From: Chloroflexota bacterium
GTDB lineage: Bacteria; Chloroflexota; UBA11872; VXOZ01
NCBI GenBank assembly: GCA_963662335.2
Contig: CAXXVD010000004.1
Location: 160,001-224,000, forward strand
DNA length: 64,000 bases
Direction of reading: 5' to 3'
Both the position numbers and the translations under genes were made by a program. Numbering within the stretch: the first letter of the stretch is position 1; each line of letters begins with the position of its first letter. The notes under the pieces were generated by a model. That model had not been told where the DNA came from, ran no database searches, and saw only the letters and a program-made list of their open reading frames with translations. Below, in pieces: positions 37,969 through 53,422 of this stretch.

Positions 37969-38439
37969 ATGTCACCGGAAGAAAAGCTCAAGGAGTTGGG
38001 ATTCGAACTGAAACCGCCGAACGCGCCCGTTGCCAATTACGTCCCCTGGGTGCGCACCGGCAATCTCGTCTACTTGTCCGGCCAGGGGCCGAACCGCGCC
38101 GGCGACGCGGGCGCCCACGTCTACGACGGCAAGGTGGGGGAACGCTACGGCATCGAGGAAGGCTACCAGGCCGCCCAGCAGACGGCTTTCAATCTGCTCT
38201 GCGCCCTGAAGGACGCGACCGGCGACCTGAGCAAGGTCACGCGCATCGTGAAAGTGCTGGGCATGGTAAACAGCACGCCGGACTTCGCCGACCAGCCCAA
38301 GGTGATAAACGGCTGCTCAGACCTGCTGGTGGAGGTCTTTGGCGACAAGGGCAAGCACGCCCGCTCCGCCGTGGGCATGGGCGCGCTGCCGAACAACATC
38401 CCGGTGGAAATCGAGATTATCGTAGAGGTGGCGGACTAG
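37969..38439 (+). CDS. RidA/YjgF family protein
   Basis: PVANYVP, YLSGQGP, VINGCSDLL, HARSAVG, VEIE. Confidence 0.92.
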   Translation: MSPEEKLKELGFELKPPNAPVANYVPWVRTGNLVYLSGQGPNRAGDAGAHVYDGKVGERYGIEEGYQAAQQTAFNLLCALKDATGDLSKVTRIVKVLGMVNSTPDFADQPKVINGCSDLLVEVFGDKGKHARSAVGMGALPNNIPVEIEIIVEVAD

Positions 38440-38482
38440 CGGCTCCGGTGGCCTATCCTGGAGAAGAGGGTTCAGGCAATCG

Positions 38483-38950
38483 CTACGAGGGGACTTCCTC
38501 GGCGCGCTCTGGCGTGCCGCTCTCGTAGATCGTGCCGAGCACGCCGTTGATGAAGCGGGGCGAACTATCCGAGGCGTAGAGCTTGGCAAGCTCCACCGCC
38601 TCGTTGATGACGACTTTGGGGGGTATCTCGGGCGCGAAGAGCAGTTCGTAGACCGCGAGCCGCATGATGGCTTTGTCCACCAGCGCCATCTGGCCCATGG
38701 GCCACATTGGCGCGGCCTGCTCTATCCGCTCGTCGATCACCGCCAGGTGGGTCTGGACGCCCTGAACAAGCTGGTGGAGGAACTCGCGGGCTTCAGGCTT
38801 GACCGTTGCCATACGCGCCACCTGCTCCAGCACGGAGGCCGGCGCCGCGCCGGTCGCGTCGAGCGCAAAGAGCGCCTGCATGGCGGCCACGCGCGCGTGC
38901 CGCCGGGGATGGATGCGCCTGCCGGAGAGTTGGGCCGAACCGGCCGTCAT
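38483..38950 (-). CDS. nusB: Transcription antitermination factor NusB
   Basis: [39 protein letters not shown]. Confidence 0.93.
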   Translation of the reverse strand: MTAGSAQLSGRRIHPRRHARVAAMQALFALDATGAAPASVLEQVARMATVKPEAREFLHQLVQGVQTHLAVIDERIEQAAPMWPMGQMALVDKAIMRLAVYELLFAPEIPPKVVINEAVELAKLYASDSSPRFINGVLGTIYESGTPERAEEVPS

Positions 38951-39009
38951 CCGCCGCTCCTCTTTCGACTGCGAAGAATTCAATGCCCTGCGCCCAGAGC
39001 CCGGGCCGT

Positions 39010-40347
39010 CTAGACGATGTTCAGCAAATTCACGTCGAAACTGGCCTCGCGGAAGCCTTGGGCGTTAAGGATTCTGCGATGAAAGTCGAGGTTCGTCTTC
39101 ACGCCCTCGATCACGCACTCATCCAGCGCCCGCAGCGCGCGCTCGATCGCCTCGGCGCGGCCGGGCCCCCAGGCGATGAGCTTGGCAATGAGCGAGTCGT
39201 AGTGCGGGGGAATCGCGTACCCGCTGTAGAGATGGGAATCGACGCGGATGCCAGGGCCGCCCGGCGCGAGAAAGTTCGTCACCTCGCCGCTCTCCGGGCG
39301 GAAGTCATGCTCCGGGTCTTCAGAGGTGATGCGGCACTCGATCGCGTGGCCGCGAAACTCCACGTCGGCTTGACGAAAAGCCAGCGACTTGCCCGCCGCA
39401 ACGCGAATCTGCTCTTGCACGAGGTCGATGCCGGTCGTGCTCTCCGATACGGTGTGCTCCACCTGCAAACGGCAGTTGATCTCCATGAAGTAGAAACTCT
39501 GCTGCGCATCGACTAAGAACTCGACGGTACCCGCCGACGTAAAGTCGATCGCGTCGACGCCGTGCAAGGCCGCCGCGCCGATGGCCTTCCGCGCCAGAGG
39601 ATCGAGCACCGGCGACGGCGATTCCTCGATGAGCTTCTGGTAACGGCGCTGAATCGTGCAGTCACGCTCGCCCAGTTGCACCGCGTTGCCGGCGTGATCC
39701 CGGAGAATCTGCACCTCGACGTGGCGCGCCGGCGAGATGTACTTCTCCACGTAAAGCCGCGCGTTGCCAAACGACGCCTGCGCCTCCGCCTGGGCCACCG
39801 GAAACGCGCCCGCCATCTCCTCTTCATCGGCCACGAAGCGGATCCCGCGTCCGCCGCCGCCGCCCGCGGCTTTCAAGACCACCGGATAGCCAATCGACGC
39901 CGCGGCCTCCAGCGCGTCCGCCACGCTGCGCAACGGTGTATCCGGGCCGGGGATGACGGGCAGCCCCGCCTTGCGCATCTCCGCCTTGGCGTTGGTCTTG
40001 TCGCCCATGGCGTGGATGACGTCCGGGCCGGGGCCGATGAAGGTGATGCCGTACTTGTCGCAGATCTCCGCGAAGTACGTGTCTTCCGCCAGAAAGCCGA
40101 TGCCGGGATGAATGGCCTCCGCGCCGGTAATGAACGCGGCGCTGATGATGTTCGGCACGTTCAGGTAGGACTTGCTGGCCGGCGCGGGGCCGATGCAGAC
40201 CGCTTCATCGGCGGCGTGCACCGGCAGGGAATCCCGGTCCGCCTCGGAGTAGGCAACAACCGTCGCGATGCCCATCTCACGGCAGGCGCGAATGACCCGC
40301 AAGGCCGTCTCGCCGCGGTTGGCAATGAGGATCTTCTGGAACACCAC
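39010..40347 (-). CDS. accC: Acetyl-CoA carboxylase biotin carboxylase
   Basis: [50 protein letters not shown]. Confidence 0.95.
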   Translation of the reverse strand: MVFQKILIANRGETALRVIRACREMGIATVVAYSEADRDSLPVHAADEAVCIGPAPASKSYLNVPNIISAAFITGAEAIHPGIGFLAEDTYFAEICDKYGITFIGPGPDVIHAMGDKTNAKAEMRKAGLPVIPGPDTPLRSVADALEAAASIGYPVVLKAAGGGGGRGIRFVADEEEMAGAFPVAQAEAQASFGNARLYVEKYISPARHVEVQILRDHAGNAVQLGERDCTIQRRYQKLIEESPSPVLDPLARKAIGAAALHGVDAIDFTSAGTVEFLVDAQQSFYFMEINCRLQVEHTVSESTTGIDLVQEQIRVAAGKSLAFRQADVEFRGHAIECRITSEDPEHDFRPESGEVTNFLAPGGPGIRVDSHLYSGYAIPPHYDSLIAKLIAWGPGRAEAIERALRALDECVIEGVKTNLDFHRRILNAQGFREASFDVNLLNIV

Positions 40348-40420
40348 ACACTACCTCGGCTGTGTTGACCGTTGCCGTCATTCCCGCACGCGCGGCAGAG
40401 CGACGCAACCGGCCCTTCAC

Positions 40421-41161
40421 CTAGTACATCATGATGCCGCCGTCGACGATCAGTATTTGACCGGTAATGTACGAGGCGTCCTCGGAAGCCAGAAAGGCCA
40501 CGGCCGCCGCGAGTTCATGCGGTTCGCCGTAACGACCGAGCGGCACGATCTTCAGGATCGTCTCCACCATGTCCGCCGGGATCGAATCCGTCATGGGGCC
40601 GCCAAAGTAGCCCGGGGCCACGCAATTGGCGGTCACGTTGCGCGACGCCACCTCGCGCGCGAGCGAGCGGGTGAAGCCCCACAGCCCGGCCTTGGAGGCG
40701 GAGTAGTTCGCCTGGCCCGGCGCGCCCATGTAGCCGCCAATTGAGGAAACGTTGATGATGCGCCCGTAGCGCGCCCGCAGCATATTGCGCGCCACGGCCT
40801 TGGTGCACAGGAACGCCGACTTGAGGTTCGTATCCACCACCGCGTCCCAATCCGCTTCGGTCATGCGCACGAAGAGCGTGTCCCGCGTGATGCCGGCGTT
40901 GTTTACCAGGATGTCGATTTTCTCGTGCTCGGCGTGGACGCTCCGCACCATTGCTTCGATCTGGGAAGCGTCGGTCACGTCGGCCTGGATTGCGCTGGCG
41001 CTGCCGCCCTGCGCGGCGATCTCCGCCACCACGCGCTCAGCCGCTTCCGCGCCGCTGTGGTAGTGCACCACCACGTGCGCGCCTTCACGGCCCAGCCGCG
41101 CGCAAATGGCCGCCCCCAAGTGCCCGGAACCGCCGGTAACCAGCGCTACCCGCCCTTTCAT
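40421..41161 (-). CDS. fabG: 3-oxoacyl-ACP reductase
   Basis: TGGSGHLG, NNAGITRD, GQANYSASK, YITGQ. Confidence 0.92.
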   Translation of the reverse strand: MKGRVALVTGGSGHLGAAICARLGREGAHVVVHYHSGAEAAERVVAEIAAQGGSASAIQADVTDASQIEAMVRSVHAEHEKIDILVNNAGITRDTLFVRMTEADWDAVVDTNLKSAFLCTKAVARNMLRARYGRIINVSSIGGYMGAPGQANYSASKAGLWGFTRSLAREVASRNVTANCVAPGYFGGPMTDSIPADMVETILKIVPLGRYGEPHELAAAVAFLASEDASYITGQILIVDGGIMMY

Positions 41162-41172
41162 GTATCATCCTT

Positions 41173-41328
41173 TACCATGAAAACAGCAATATCAACTCCG
41201 TCATTCCCGCGTACGCGGGAACCCACTGCGTGCGCGGCGAAGATGGATTCCCATGTTCGCGGGAATGACGGTCAAGAAGCCAGCCCCCAGTTGTCGTTCC
41301 CTTGGTGGCCTAAGCAAGGCCATGGTGA
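41173..41328. repeat. MITE-like family A element, copy 2 (inner loop inverted relative to copy 1)
   Basis: Same TACCATGA... left flank and ...GCCAGC..TTCC.TGGTGGCC..CATGGTGA right flank as 4435-4591. Confidence 0.8.
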
Positions 41329-41487
41329 CTGTCTTAGTTGCGCACGGCGTTACCGCTTGGTCTGGCGGCCGTGGCCGCGGCATTGAGATCTAAGCCAACG
41401 CCTACCGCATAATGGAATCTGAGAGCGCCGCGCGCGCGGCCGCTGCGGGAATAGTATCACAAGGAGCGCCGCCGTGCCCAAACGGGT

Positions 41488-42477
41488 CTAGTCCGCCGGG
41501 CGAGTGGCCGCGGCCGCTTGCCGCGCGGCTCGATGGGAGTCGACGGCAAGAGCCGTCGCGCGGCTGGAAACGCTGCCAATCATCTTCGTCAGCACCGCGC
41601 CGGGGCCAAACTCGAAGATGGGAGCGAGGTTGCGGCGCAGCAGGATGTCCAGCGTCGCGGACCAGCGCACCGGCGCGGTAATTTGCACGATAAGTTCGTG
41701 CCGGATGGCGTCTACGGTGGTGATGATGTTGGCCGTCGTGTTCGCCACCACCGGAATGCGCGGCGGCTCGATGTGCGCCGCCTCCACCGCGGCCCGCCAC
41801 TCGTCTTGCGCCGGCGCCATTGCTTGGGTGTGAAACGCGCCGCTGACACGCAACGGGACTACCCGCCGCGCGCCCCGCGCCTTGAGCAGGCTGATGGCGC
41901 GCTCCAGTCCCGCGCGGTCGCCGGCGATGACAACCTGCTGCGGCGTATTGAAGGTGGCAATGCCAACCGTACTGCGTCCGGACTCATCCGCGCTGCGCGC
42001 CTGGCCGCAGACCTGCATGATCACCTGGGGCGAGACGCCAATCACCGCCGCCATGCCCCCCGGCGCGTCCGCGACGGCGCGCTGCATCAGTTCGCCGCGC
42101 GCCTGCACCAGGCGCAGCCCGTCTGCCAGCGAGAGCGCGCCGGCCGCGTACAAGGCCGTAAGTTCGCCAATGCTGTGACCGGCCACGAGCGCCGGCCGCA
42201 GCGCCTCGGGCAAGTCCACCGCAGAATCCGCGCCGCAGGCTTCCAGATACGCCGCCAGACACGCGGCGCTGGCGGTGAAGATCGCCGGCTGCGCGTGGCG
42301 CGTCTCGGTGAGGGTCTTGAGCGGGCCGCCAAAACTGAGCGCCGCCAAGTCCATGCCAAGCACGTCATTTGCCGTGGCGTACACCCGCTTGGCGGCAGCG
42401 GAATGCTCCGCCGCGTCCGCGCCCATCCCGATGCGCTGCACCCCTTGCCCCGGAAAGACGAAGGCTCTGTTTCCCAT
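41488..42477 (-). CDS. fabD: Malonyl-CoA-ACP transacylase
   Basis: FPGQG, AQPAI, GHSIGE, VSGAFHT, PVRW, EFGPG. Confidence 0.93.
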   Translation of the reverse strand: MGNRAFVFPGQGVQRIGMGADAAEHSAAAKRVYATANDVLGMDLAALSFGGPLKTLTETRHAQPAIFTASAACLAAYLEACGADSAVDLPEALRPALVAGHSIGELTALYAAGALSLADGLRLVQARGELMQRAVADAPGGMAAVIGVSPQVIMQVCGQARSADESGRSTVGIATFNTPQQVVIAGDRAGLERAISLLKARGARRVVPLRVSGAFHTQAMAPAQDEWRAAVEAAHIEPPRIPVVANTTANIITTVDAIRHELIVQITAPVRWSATLDILLRRNLAPIFEFGPGAVLTKMIGSVSSRATALAVDSHRAARQAAAATRPAD

Positions 42478-42701
42478 GTGCTCCGTTACCTCACCGCGCT
42501 CGAAGCCAAAACCGCAGCGGAGTCCGCGCGCCGGCACGCCCACAAATGCCGGATCAAGCAGGACGTCTACGCGGGACCCGCAGAAGTGAACGCCGCTCGC
42601 CGGTGGGTGCGAACGCCGGACAGCGCAAGACACGGACCGCCGGGGGACCGCAATAGCGGAACCGGAAGAGCCCTCACGCCGCTCGTTGGCAGCGCGAGCG
42701 C

Positions 42702-42893
42702 CTACGCGCTGGGCGTATCAATCTCCAGCACTTCCTGGCCGCGGTAGTACCCGCAGAACGAGCAGACCGTGTGGGACGGCACCGGTTGGCGGCAGCGGGG
42801 GCACGCTACCAGGTGCACGTTGAGATTGTGCAAGTGCGAACGTCTCTTGCCTTGCCGCGAGCGTGAAATCTTCTTCTTCGGTTGAGCGCCCAT
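42702..42893 (-). CDS. rpmF: 50S ribosomal protein L32
   Basis: PKKKISRSRQGKRRSH, CPRC...HTVCSFCGYY. Confidence 0.95.
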   Translation of the reverse strand: MGAQPKKKISRSRQGKRRSHLHNLNVHLVACPRCRQPVPSHTVCSFCGYYRGQEVLEIDTPSA

Positions 42894-42944
42894 CGTATCC
42901 TCTCAGTTCTGCGTAATCATGTGTGACTAATTATGTCTATTCGA

Positions 42945-43502
42945 CTATGCCGGACGGTCGTGACGGGTCTGACGCAGCATCTCCTGGATGGGAGCGAAAC
43001 GCGGATCCAGGGCTTCCGTCGCGGCGCAGTTGCAGACGGTTTCGTTACGGTTCACGCCGCACGCCGGACAAATGCCGCGGCAGTCGCGCCGGCAGCGCGG
43101 CATGAGCGGCTGGCTGATTTCCACGTGTTGCCGCACCGCCTCGCTCAGATCGAAACGGGCGACGTTCTCGATAAGCAACTCTTCGTCGATGTCATCGTAT
43201 TCCAGCCGCAAGGGGCTGCCGGTCGCCAAGTCGAAGCGCGGATAGAACATCTCATCGAAGCGTACGCGCAGGTCTTGCGCATACGCGCCCAAGCAGCGGC
43301 AGCACGTAAGTTCAAGCGTTATCGCTAGCTCGCTTCGCACCACGATGCCCTTGCCGGCGCGCACCAGTTCGATTGCCCCCGTCAGCGGAGCGACCGGCGT
43401 CACGTCCTCCCAAGCCGGATAGAAACCGTCAACGACGACGCGGCGCGAAGAACCCGTTGCTTCCTGCAGCAGGCCGGCCACGTTAATCGTCAAACCTTCC
43501 AT
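42945..43502 (-). CDS. DUF177/YceD family protein
   Basis: CCRCL, CRRDCRGICPACG, DPRFA; upstream of rpmF. Confidence 0.9.
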   Translation of the reverse strand: MEGLTINVAGLLQEATGSSRRVVVDGFYPAWEDVTPVAPLTGAIELVRAGKGIVVRSELAITLELTCCRCLGAYAQDLRVRFDEMFYPRFDLATGSPLRLEYDDIDEELLIENVARFDLSEAVRQHVEISQPLMPRCRRDCRGICPACGVNRNETVCNCAATEALDPRFAPIQEMLRQTRHDRPA

Positions 43503-43510
43503 AGTCTATT

Positions 43511-44017
43511 CTACTCTACCGTTTCCTGCGAAGCACGTTCGCCCCGGCCCCGGGCCGAAGGCAGTTCTTCCGGCTCCGAGTCCGCCATTGCCTCGATGAA
43601 AATCTGCACGCGCTCGTGCAGTTGCTCGAGCCGCGTGCGCAAGTCCGTCAGCGAGCGCACCGCATACTCGTCGGACTCGCGCTGCACCTCACTCGCCTGG
43701 TCTTGGGCTTCCTCCACGATGCGGCGCGCATTATCTTCCGCGGCCCGCACCAAACCGTGCTCGGAGAGAATTTCCTCCGCTTGTTCGTGGGCGATCTCCA
43801 CGATGCGCTCGGCCTCCAAGCGCGCTTGCTCCGGGATGCGGCTGCGCTCTTGAAGCATGCGCCGCGCTTGCCGCACTTCATCGGGTATCGACATGCGCAT
43901 CTGCGCGATGACGTCCAAGCACTCTTGCTCGTCCAGCATGATCTTATTGACGAATGGAACTCTCTGGCCTGTGTTGACGAGCGCCTCCAGACGTTCGATT
44001 AGTGCGAATATGTCCAT
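43511..44017 (-). CDS. Coiled-coil hypothetical protein conserved between coaD and yceD
   Basis: LIERLE...RVPF...IPDEVRQAR..., DEYA. Confidence 0.8.
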   Translation of the reverse strand: MDIFALIERLEALVNTGQRVPFVNKIMLDEQECLDVIAQMRMSIPDEVRQARRMLQERSRIPEQARLEAERIVEIAHEQAEEILSEHGLVRAAEDNARRIVEEAQDQASEVQRESDEYAVRSLTDLRTRLEQLHERVQIFIEAMADSEPEELPSARGRGERASQETVE

Positions 44018-44104
44018 TGCGGCTACCCCCTATTGCCTTCCAGGCCACCTTAGGCTATTCATCACAGACCAAACCGCGCCGTTGCGATTCGCACGGACAG
44101 AGAC

Positions 44105-44584
44105 TCATGCAGCGTGTATCTCGCGCAGACGGGCCGCCACCACTGCCGGCACGAAAGCGTCAACGTTGCCGCCGAGCTTCGCCACCTCTTTGACGAGGCT
44201 GGCGCTCAAGAACGAGTACTTGACCGACGTCATCAGGCAGACGACTTCGAGTTCGGGCCGCAGTTGCTGGTACATGGCCGACAACTGAAACTCGTACTCG
44301 AAGTCCGTGACTGCCCGCAAGCCGCGCACGAGTACCTGCGCCCCAAGGTCGCGCGCGCACTCCACCGTGAGATTGGCAAAACTCCTCACCTGAACGTTCG
44401 GCCACCGCTGGACGGCCGTCGTAAGCATCTTCACACGGTCGTCTAAAGAGAAGAGCACGTCCTTCTCAGGATTAGCATAGACTCCGACGAAGAGAGAATC
44501 AAAGAGCCGGGACGCCCTGGCGATAATATCTATGTGGCCGTTCGTTACCGGGTCGAAACTCCCGGGATAGAGCGCTGCGCGCAC
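44105..44584 (-). CDS. coaD: Phosphopantetheine adenylyltransferase
   Basis: YPGSFDPVTNGHIDII, RGLRAVTDFEYE, SLVKEVA. Confidence 0.95.
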   Translation of the reverse strand: MRAALYPGSFDPVTNGHIDIIARASRLFDSLFVGVYANPEKDVLFSLDDRVKMLTTAVQRWPNVQVRSFANLTVECARDLGAQVLVRGLRAVTDFEYEFQLSAMYQQLRPELEVVCLMTSVKYSFLSASLVKEVAKLGGNVDAFVPAVVAARLREIHAA

Positions 44585-44640
44585 GATATTTCCAGCCTTC
44601 CGCGTACTACTCTCATTCTCTCAAGCTATTCACAGGCTAA

Positions 44641-45609
<969 letters not shown>

Positions 45610-46557
45610 ATGCCACTGGCGCGCAAAGACCTCCTGGACCTGGACGATTTCTCGTCCGACGAACTCATGCTGCTCCTGGAGACCACCTCCGCCATGACGG
45701 AGATCCTCTCCCGTCCCATCCGGCGCGTGCCCACGCTGCGCGGCAAGACGATCGTCAACATGTTCTACGAGGCGAGCACGCGCACGCGCTCGTCATTCGA
45801 ACTGGCCGCCAAGAATCTCTCCGCCGACCTCGTAAACGTCTCCGCCAGCCAGAGCAGCGTCGAAAAGGGTGAGTCGCTTATCGACACCATGCGCACGCTG
45901 CAAGCGCTCGGCGCCGACATGCTGGTGATGCGCCATTGGGAAGCGGGCGCGCCCTACCTGGCCGCCTCCTGGCTGAACGCTTCCGTCATCAACGCCGGCG
46001 ACGGCTGGCACGCCCATCCCAGCCAGGCGCTGCTCGACCTCTATACCGTGCGCCGGCATTTGGGCACGATCGAGGGTATCAAGCTCGTCATCGTTGGCGA
46101 CATCCTGCACAGCCGCGTGGCGCGCTCCAATCTCTGGGGCTTTGGCGCACTGGGCGCGCAGATCGTCCTCTGTGGGCCGCCAACCCTCCTGCCGGCCACG
46201 CTCTTGGGCGCGTTCGGCGACCCGCCGTGGCTCTCGCTCTCCTACGACTTGGATGAAGCGCTGGCGGACGCCGACGTGGTTATGATGCTGCGCCTCCAGC
46301 GCGAGCGCATGGCCGGCGGGCTGCTGCCCTCCGCGCGGGAATACAGCGCCCGCTTCGGACTGACCGGCCAACGCATGAGGCGCGCGCGTCCCAACGCGCT
46401 CATCATGCACCCCGGCCCCATGAACCAGGGCGTGGAGATCACACCCGAACTGGCCTACGGCGCGCAGGCCGTGATCGAGGAACAGGTTACCAACGGCGTG
46501 GCCGTGCGCATGGCCATCTTCTACTTGCTCGCGGGCACGGCGGAGCGATTGGCATGA
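45610..46557 (+). CDS. pyrB: Aspartate carbamoyltransferase catalytic subunit
   Basis: EASTRTRSSFE, NAGDG..HPSQ, MHPGP. Confidence 0.96.
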   Translation: MPLARKDLLDLDDFSSDELMLLLETTSAMTEILSRPIRRVPTLRGKTIVNMFYEASTRTRSSFELAAKNLSADLVNVSASQSSVEKGESLIDTMRTLQALGADMLVMRHWEAGAPYLAASWLNASVINAGDGWHAHPSQALLDLYTVRRHLGTIEGIKLVIVGDILHSRVARSNLWGFGALGAQIVLCGPPTLLPATLLGAFGDPPWLSLSYDLDEALADADVVMMLRLQRERMAGGLLPSAREYSARFGLTGQRMRRARPNALIMHPGPMNQGVEITPELAYGAQAVIEEQVTNGVAVRMAIFYLLAGTAERLA

Positions 46558-47945
46558 ACGACAACTGGCTCATACAGGGCGCGCGGGTAATCGACCCGGC
46601 AAACAACCTCGACGCCGCGCGGGACGTGCACGTGCGGGACGGCAGAATCGCGGCCATTGGCGAATCACTCTCGCCGGCAGATGTCCCGGTCATAGACGCC
46701 GGCGGCCTGGTGGTCGCGCCCGGCTTTGTGGACCTGCACTGCCATCTCCGCGAACCGGGATTCGAGTACAAGGAGACCATCGCCAGCGGCACGCGCGCCG
46801 CGGTGCGCGGCGGCTTCACCACGGTGTGCAGCATGGCGAACACCGAGCCGGTGGTGGATACGCCCGCGACCGTAGCCTACATTCTCGAGCGCGCCCGGGC
46901 AGCCGCTGCCGCGCGGGTCTATCCCCTGGCCGCCGTGACCCAGGGACTTGACGGCGCGCAACTGGTGGAAATGGCGGCCCTGGCCGCGGCCGGCGCGGTG
47001 GCGTTCTCCGACGACGGCATGCCGGTAGCCGACGCCCGCATGATGCGCCACGCGCTGGAATACAGCCTGCTCGTGGGCAAGCCAATCGTGAATCACTGTG
47101 AAGATCCCGCGCTCGCGCACGGCGGCGTGATGCACGAGGGACTGACCTCGCTGCGCTTGGGCCTGCGCGGGACGCCGGCGGAAGCCGAGGAGACGATGGT
47201 CGCGCGCGACGCGTTGCTGGCCCGCCGCACCGGGGCGCACGTGCACATCGCGCACGTTTCGACGCAGGGCAGCGTGGAGATCATTCGCGCCGCCAAGCGG
47301 CAGGGCATTCGCATCACGGCGGAGGTGACGCCCCATCACCTCACGCTGACCGACGCGCTCGTCGCCAAGAGTCCGCAGACGGAAGTGGGAGCGGCGCTTG
47401 GCTACGACACCCGTACCAAGGTCAATCCGCCGCTCCGTACAAAAGCTGACGTAGAAGCCCTGATCGAGGGCCTTAACGACGGCACGCTCAACGCCATTGC
47501 GACCGACCACGCGCCCCACAGCACGACCGACAAGCTCTGCGAGTATAGTGAAGCCGCATCCGGCATTTCGTGCCTGGAAACGGCGTTCTCGCAGGTCTAT
47601 CAACTGGCGCGAGACGGCCGCGTGCCCCTGGCTACGCTGCTGAGCAAACTCACGTGCGAGCCGTCGCGGGCGTTCGGCCTGCCAACGGGCACGTTGCGCG
47701 TGGGCGCGCCGGCCGACGTGGCCATCCTCGATCTCGCGGCGGCGTGGACCGTAGACCCGCGGACGTTCGCTTCCAAAGGGAAGAATACGCCAATTGCCGG
47801 CGCAACCCTGCCCGGCAAGGTGGCGATGACGTTCGTAGACGGCCGGTTGTTGCATGCGGCAGACGGCTACGGCGTCTTCGACGAAAGCGGCGTCTCCGAC
47901 GAGAGCGCCGTCCGCGGCGAAGCCGGCCAAGGAGGGACGCGATAG
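46554..47945 (+). CDS. pyrC: Dihydroorotase
   Basis: DLHCHLREPG, KVNPPLR, ATDHAPH. Confidence 0.95.
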   Translation: MNDNWLIQGARVIDPANNLDAARDVHVRDGRIAAIGESLSPADVPVIDAGGLVVAPGFVDLHCHLREPGFEYKETIASGTRAAVRGGFTTVCSMANTEPVVDTPATVAYILERARAAAAARVYPLAAVTQGLDGAQLVEMAALAAAGAVAFSDDGMPVADARMMRHALEYSLLVGKPIVNHCEDPALAHGGVMHEGLTSLRLGLRGTPAEAEETMVARDALLARRTGAHVHIAHVSTQGSVEIIRAAKRQGIRITAEVTPHHLTLTDALVAKSPQTEVGAALGYDTRTKVNPPLRTKADVEALIEGLNDGTLNAIATDHAPHSTTDKLCEYSEAASGISCLETAFSQVYQLARDGRVPLATLLSKLTCEPSRAFGLPTGTLRVGAPADVAILDLAAAWTVDPRTFASKGKNTPIAGATLPGKVAMTFVDGRLLHAADGYGVFDESGVSDESAVRGEAGQGGTR

Positions 47946-47947
47946 GC

Positions 47948-49149
47948 GTGCCAAACGCGAACACCTATCCCCACGCGCTGCTGGCGCTCGAAGACGGCAC
48001 GGTCTTCTTTGGCTACGCCTTTGGCTCGCGCCAAGACGCCGCCGGGGAACTCTGCTTCAACACCAGCATGACCGGCTACCAGGAAATCAGCACCGACCCC
48101 TCCTATCGGGGGCAAATCGTCACCCTGACCTATCCGCTCATCGATAACTACGGCGTCACGCCGGCCGACATGGAGTCGGTGCGGCCATGGCTTTCGGGCT
48201 TAGTGGTGCGCGAACTCTGTCCGCATCCCAGCAATTGGCGCGCGACCCACGACTTGGACCACTTCCTGGCCGCGCAGGCAATTCCCGGAATCTTCGGTCT
48301 CGATACCCGCGCCGTCACGCGCCGCCTCCGCACCCACGGCTTCCAAAGAGCGGCGCTGGCGGTGGCGCCGCCTGGCGTCCTGCCGGAAGAAGCGCGGGAT
48401 TCCTTTCTCTGGCTGAGCGGCCGCGCCCCCGGCATCGAGGATTATGTCAATGCTTGCATCGCCCGCGCCCAGAGCGCCACGCCGCTCTCCGATCACGACG
48501 TGGTCGGGGAAGTGTCGGTGAATGCGGGAACGTACGCCGCGCCCGCGCCCTGGCAGCCGTGGGCGCCGCCGCCGCGGGACGCGGTGGGCAAGCGCCTCGT
48601 CCTCATCGACACCGGCGCGAAGCACAACATCGCCCATTCGCTCACCAGCCGCGGCGCGGAGGTGGTGTGGGCTCCCTACGGCGCCAGCTACGAGGAAGTG
48701 CGCGCGCTCGCGCCGGACGGCATAGTAATCTGCAACGGGCCGGGCGACCCGGACGGGGGTACGGTTGCCGCCACGGTGACGACCACGGCCAAGCTCATGC
48801 AGCGCTACCCCATGCTGGGCATCTGCCTGGGACATCAAATCATCGCCCTGGCGGCGGGCGCGCGCACCAGCCGCCTCAAGTTCGGCCATCGCGGCGCGAA
48901 CCATCCGGTGCAAGACCTCGCCACCGGCAAGGCGCACATCACCACGCAGAACCACGGCTTCCAGGTGGACGCCGCCAGCATTCCGGCGCAGAGCGGTTTC
49001 CAGGTAAGCCACGTCAGCCTCAACGACGGCTCGGTGGAAGGCCTCCGCCACCGGGAATTGCCGGTATTCAGCGTGCAGTACCATCCGGAGGCGTGTCCGG
49101 GGCCGCAGGACAACCAGTACCTCTTCGACGAATTCGCAAGATTGCTCTG

Positions 49150-49150
<1 letters not shown>
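47948..49150 (+). CDS. carA: Carbamoyl-phosphate synthase small subunit
   Basis: LEDGTVF, TGYQE..TDPSY, NGPGDP, GICLGHQ, QYHPE; GTG start. Confidence 0.95.
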
Positions 49151-52350
<3,200 letters not shown>

Positions 52351-52374
52351 GTGCGGAGCGTGGGGTTCTTTTTC

Positions 52375-52531
52375 CGGTAGCGCAGGTTTGCAACCTGCGC
52401 CCCTTGGGTCAATTGGCGGTAGCGCAGGTTTGCATCCTGCGCCGCGCAACTGGTAGCGCGGGGGCTTGCCCCCCGCTCCCTTGCTACAACCATAGTGGAA
52501 AGAAGCCGTAGCGCGGGGGCTTGTCCCCCGC
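52375..52531. repeat. Four tandem GTAG-type REP palindromes inside the pyr operon
   Basis: GTAGCGCAGGTTTGCAACCTGCGC-type x2 and GTAGCGCGGGGGCTTGYCCCCCGC x2. Confidence 0.85.
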
Positions 52532-52603
52532 TTCCTCGCCCGAAGATGTGCGCCGCTGGCGGCAGAGCGTAACAACGAACGAGCACCGGAGAGTTCGCTG
52601 CAC

Positions 52604-53422
52604 ATGCCCATCGTCCAAGAGCGCGCCACGGTCGTCTCGAATGAAGCGGTGGCCGACGGGCTCTACATCATCCGCCTGCACTCACCGCAGATCGCGGCGC
52701 AGTGCCAGCCGGCGCAGTTCGTGCACGTGCGCTGTGGCGACGGCATCGAGCCGCTGCTGCTGCGCCCGTTCAGCATGTTGACCGTCGACCGTGAGGCGGG
52801 CACGCTGGACATTCTCTATCAGGTGGTCGGCAGCGGCACGGAGATCCTCGCCAAGCGGCGCGCCGGCGACGAGATCCTCCAGCTTGGCCCTCTGGGCAAG
52901 ACGTTTACCGTTCCGCCCAATCAAGGCAACCTGCTGATGGTTGCGGGCGGCATTGGCATCGCGCCGCTGCTCTTTCTGGCGGAGATGATGATTCCGAAAG
53001 GCTACGCCGTGACGCTGCTGGCCGGCGCCCGCACGGCCGCGCGCCACTTGCCGGCCGAATTCGCGCCGCCGGCGGTCGAGTACGTGCTGGCAACCGACGA
53101 CGGCTCGGCCGGCTACCACGGGCCGGTCACCGACCTCATCGCCGACTACTTCCTCTGGAGCGACGCCGTCTACGTGTGCGGCCCCTGGCCCATGCTCGCC
53201 GCCGTCGACGCCGCCTACCAGGCGCGGGCGTGGGGCTGGCAGAGCAAGAAGCCCATCCAGGTCTCGCTGGAAAACCAGATGGGCTGCGCCATGGGCGTCT
53301 GTCTAGGGTGCGTCGTTACCACGCCGCGAGGCTATCAACGCGTCTGCCGCGACGGCCCGGTGTTTGCCTTGCGCGACCTGCACCAGGAAATCGTCTCAAG
53401 ACCGGCGCACGGCGGCCCGTAA
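52604..53422 (+). CDS. pyrK: Dihydroorotate dehydrogenase electron-transfer subunit
   Basis: LRPFS, GPLG, AGGIGIAP, CGP, MGCAMGVCLGC...VCRDGPVF. Confidence 0.92.
   Translation: MPIVQERATVVSNEAVADGLYIIRLHSPQIAAQCQPAQFVHVRCGDGIEPLLLRPFSMLTVDREAGTLDILYQVVGSGTEILAKRRAGDEILQLGPLGKTFTVPPNQGNLLMVAGGIGIAPLLFLAEMMIPKGYAVTLLAGARTAARHLPAEFAPPAVEYVLATDDGSAGYHGPVTDLIADYFLWSDAVYVCGPWPMLAAVDAAYQARAWGWQSKKPIQVSLENQMGCAMGVCLGCVVTTPRGYQRVCRDGPVFALRDLHQEIVSRPAHGGP

Noticed and set aside
42911-42945. dif-like AT-rich sequence (TTATGTCTATT)
   Set aside because: It lacks the 11-6-11 architecture and is more likely the rpmF promoter region.
48187-49149. Apparent 1387-aa CarB with long N-terminal extension
   Set aside because: The extension is an off-frame read through carA; true CarB starts at ATG 49150.
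52375-52531. CRISPR-like spacing of repeats (also 12150-12490 and 6995-7042)
   Set aside because: Mixed palindromic REP types, irregular or non-unique spacers, no cas genes or leader.
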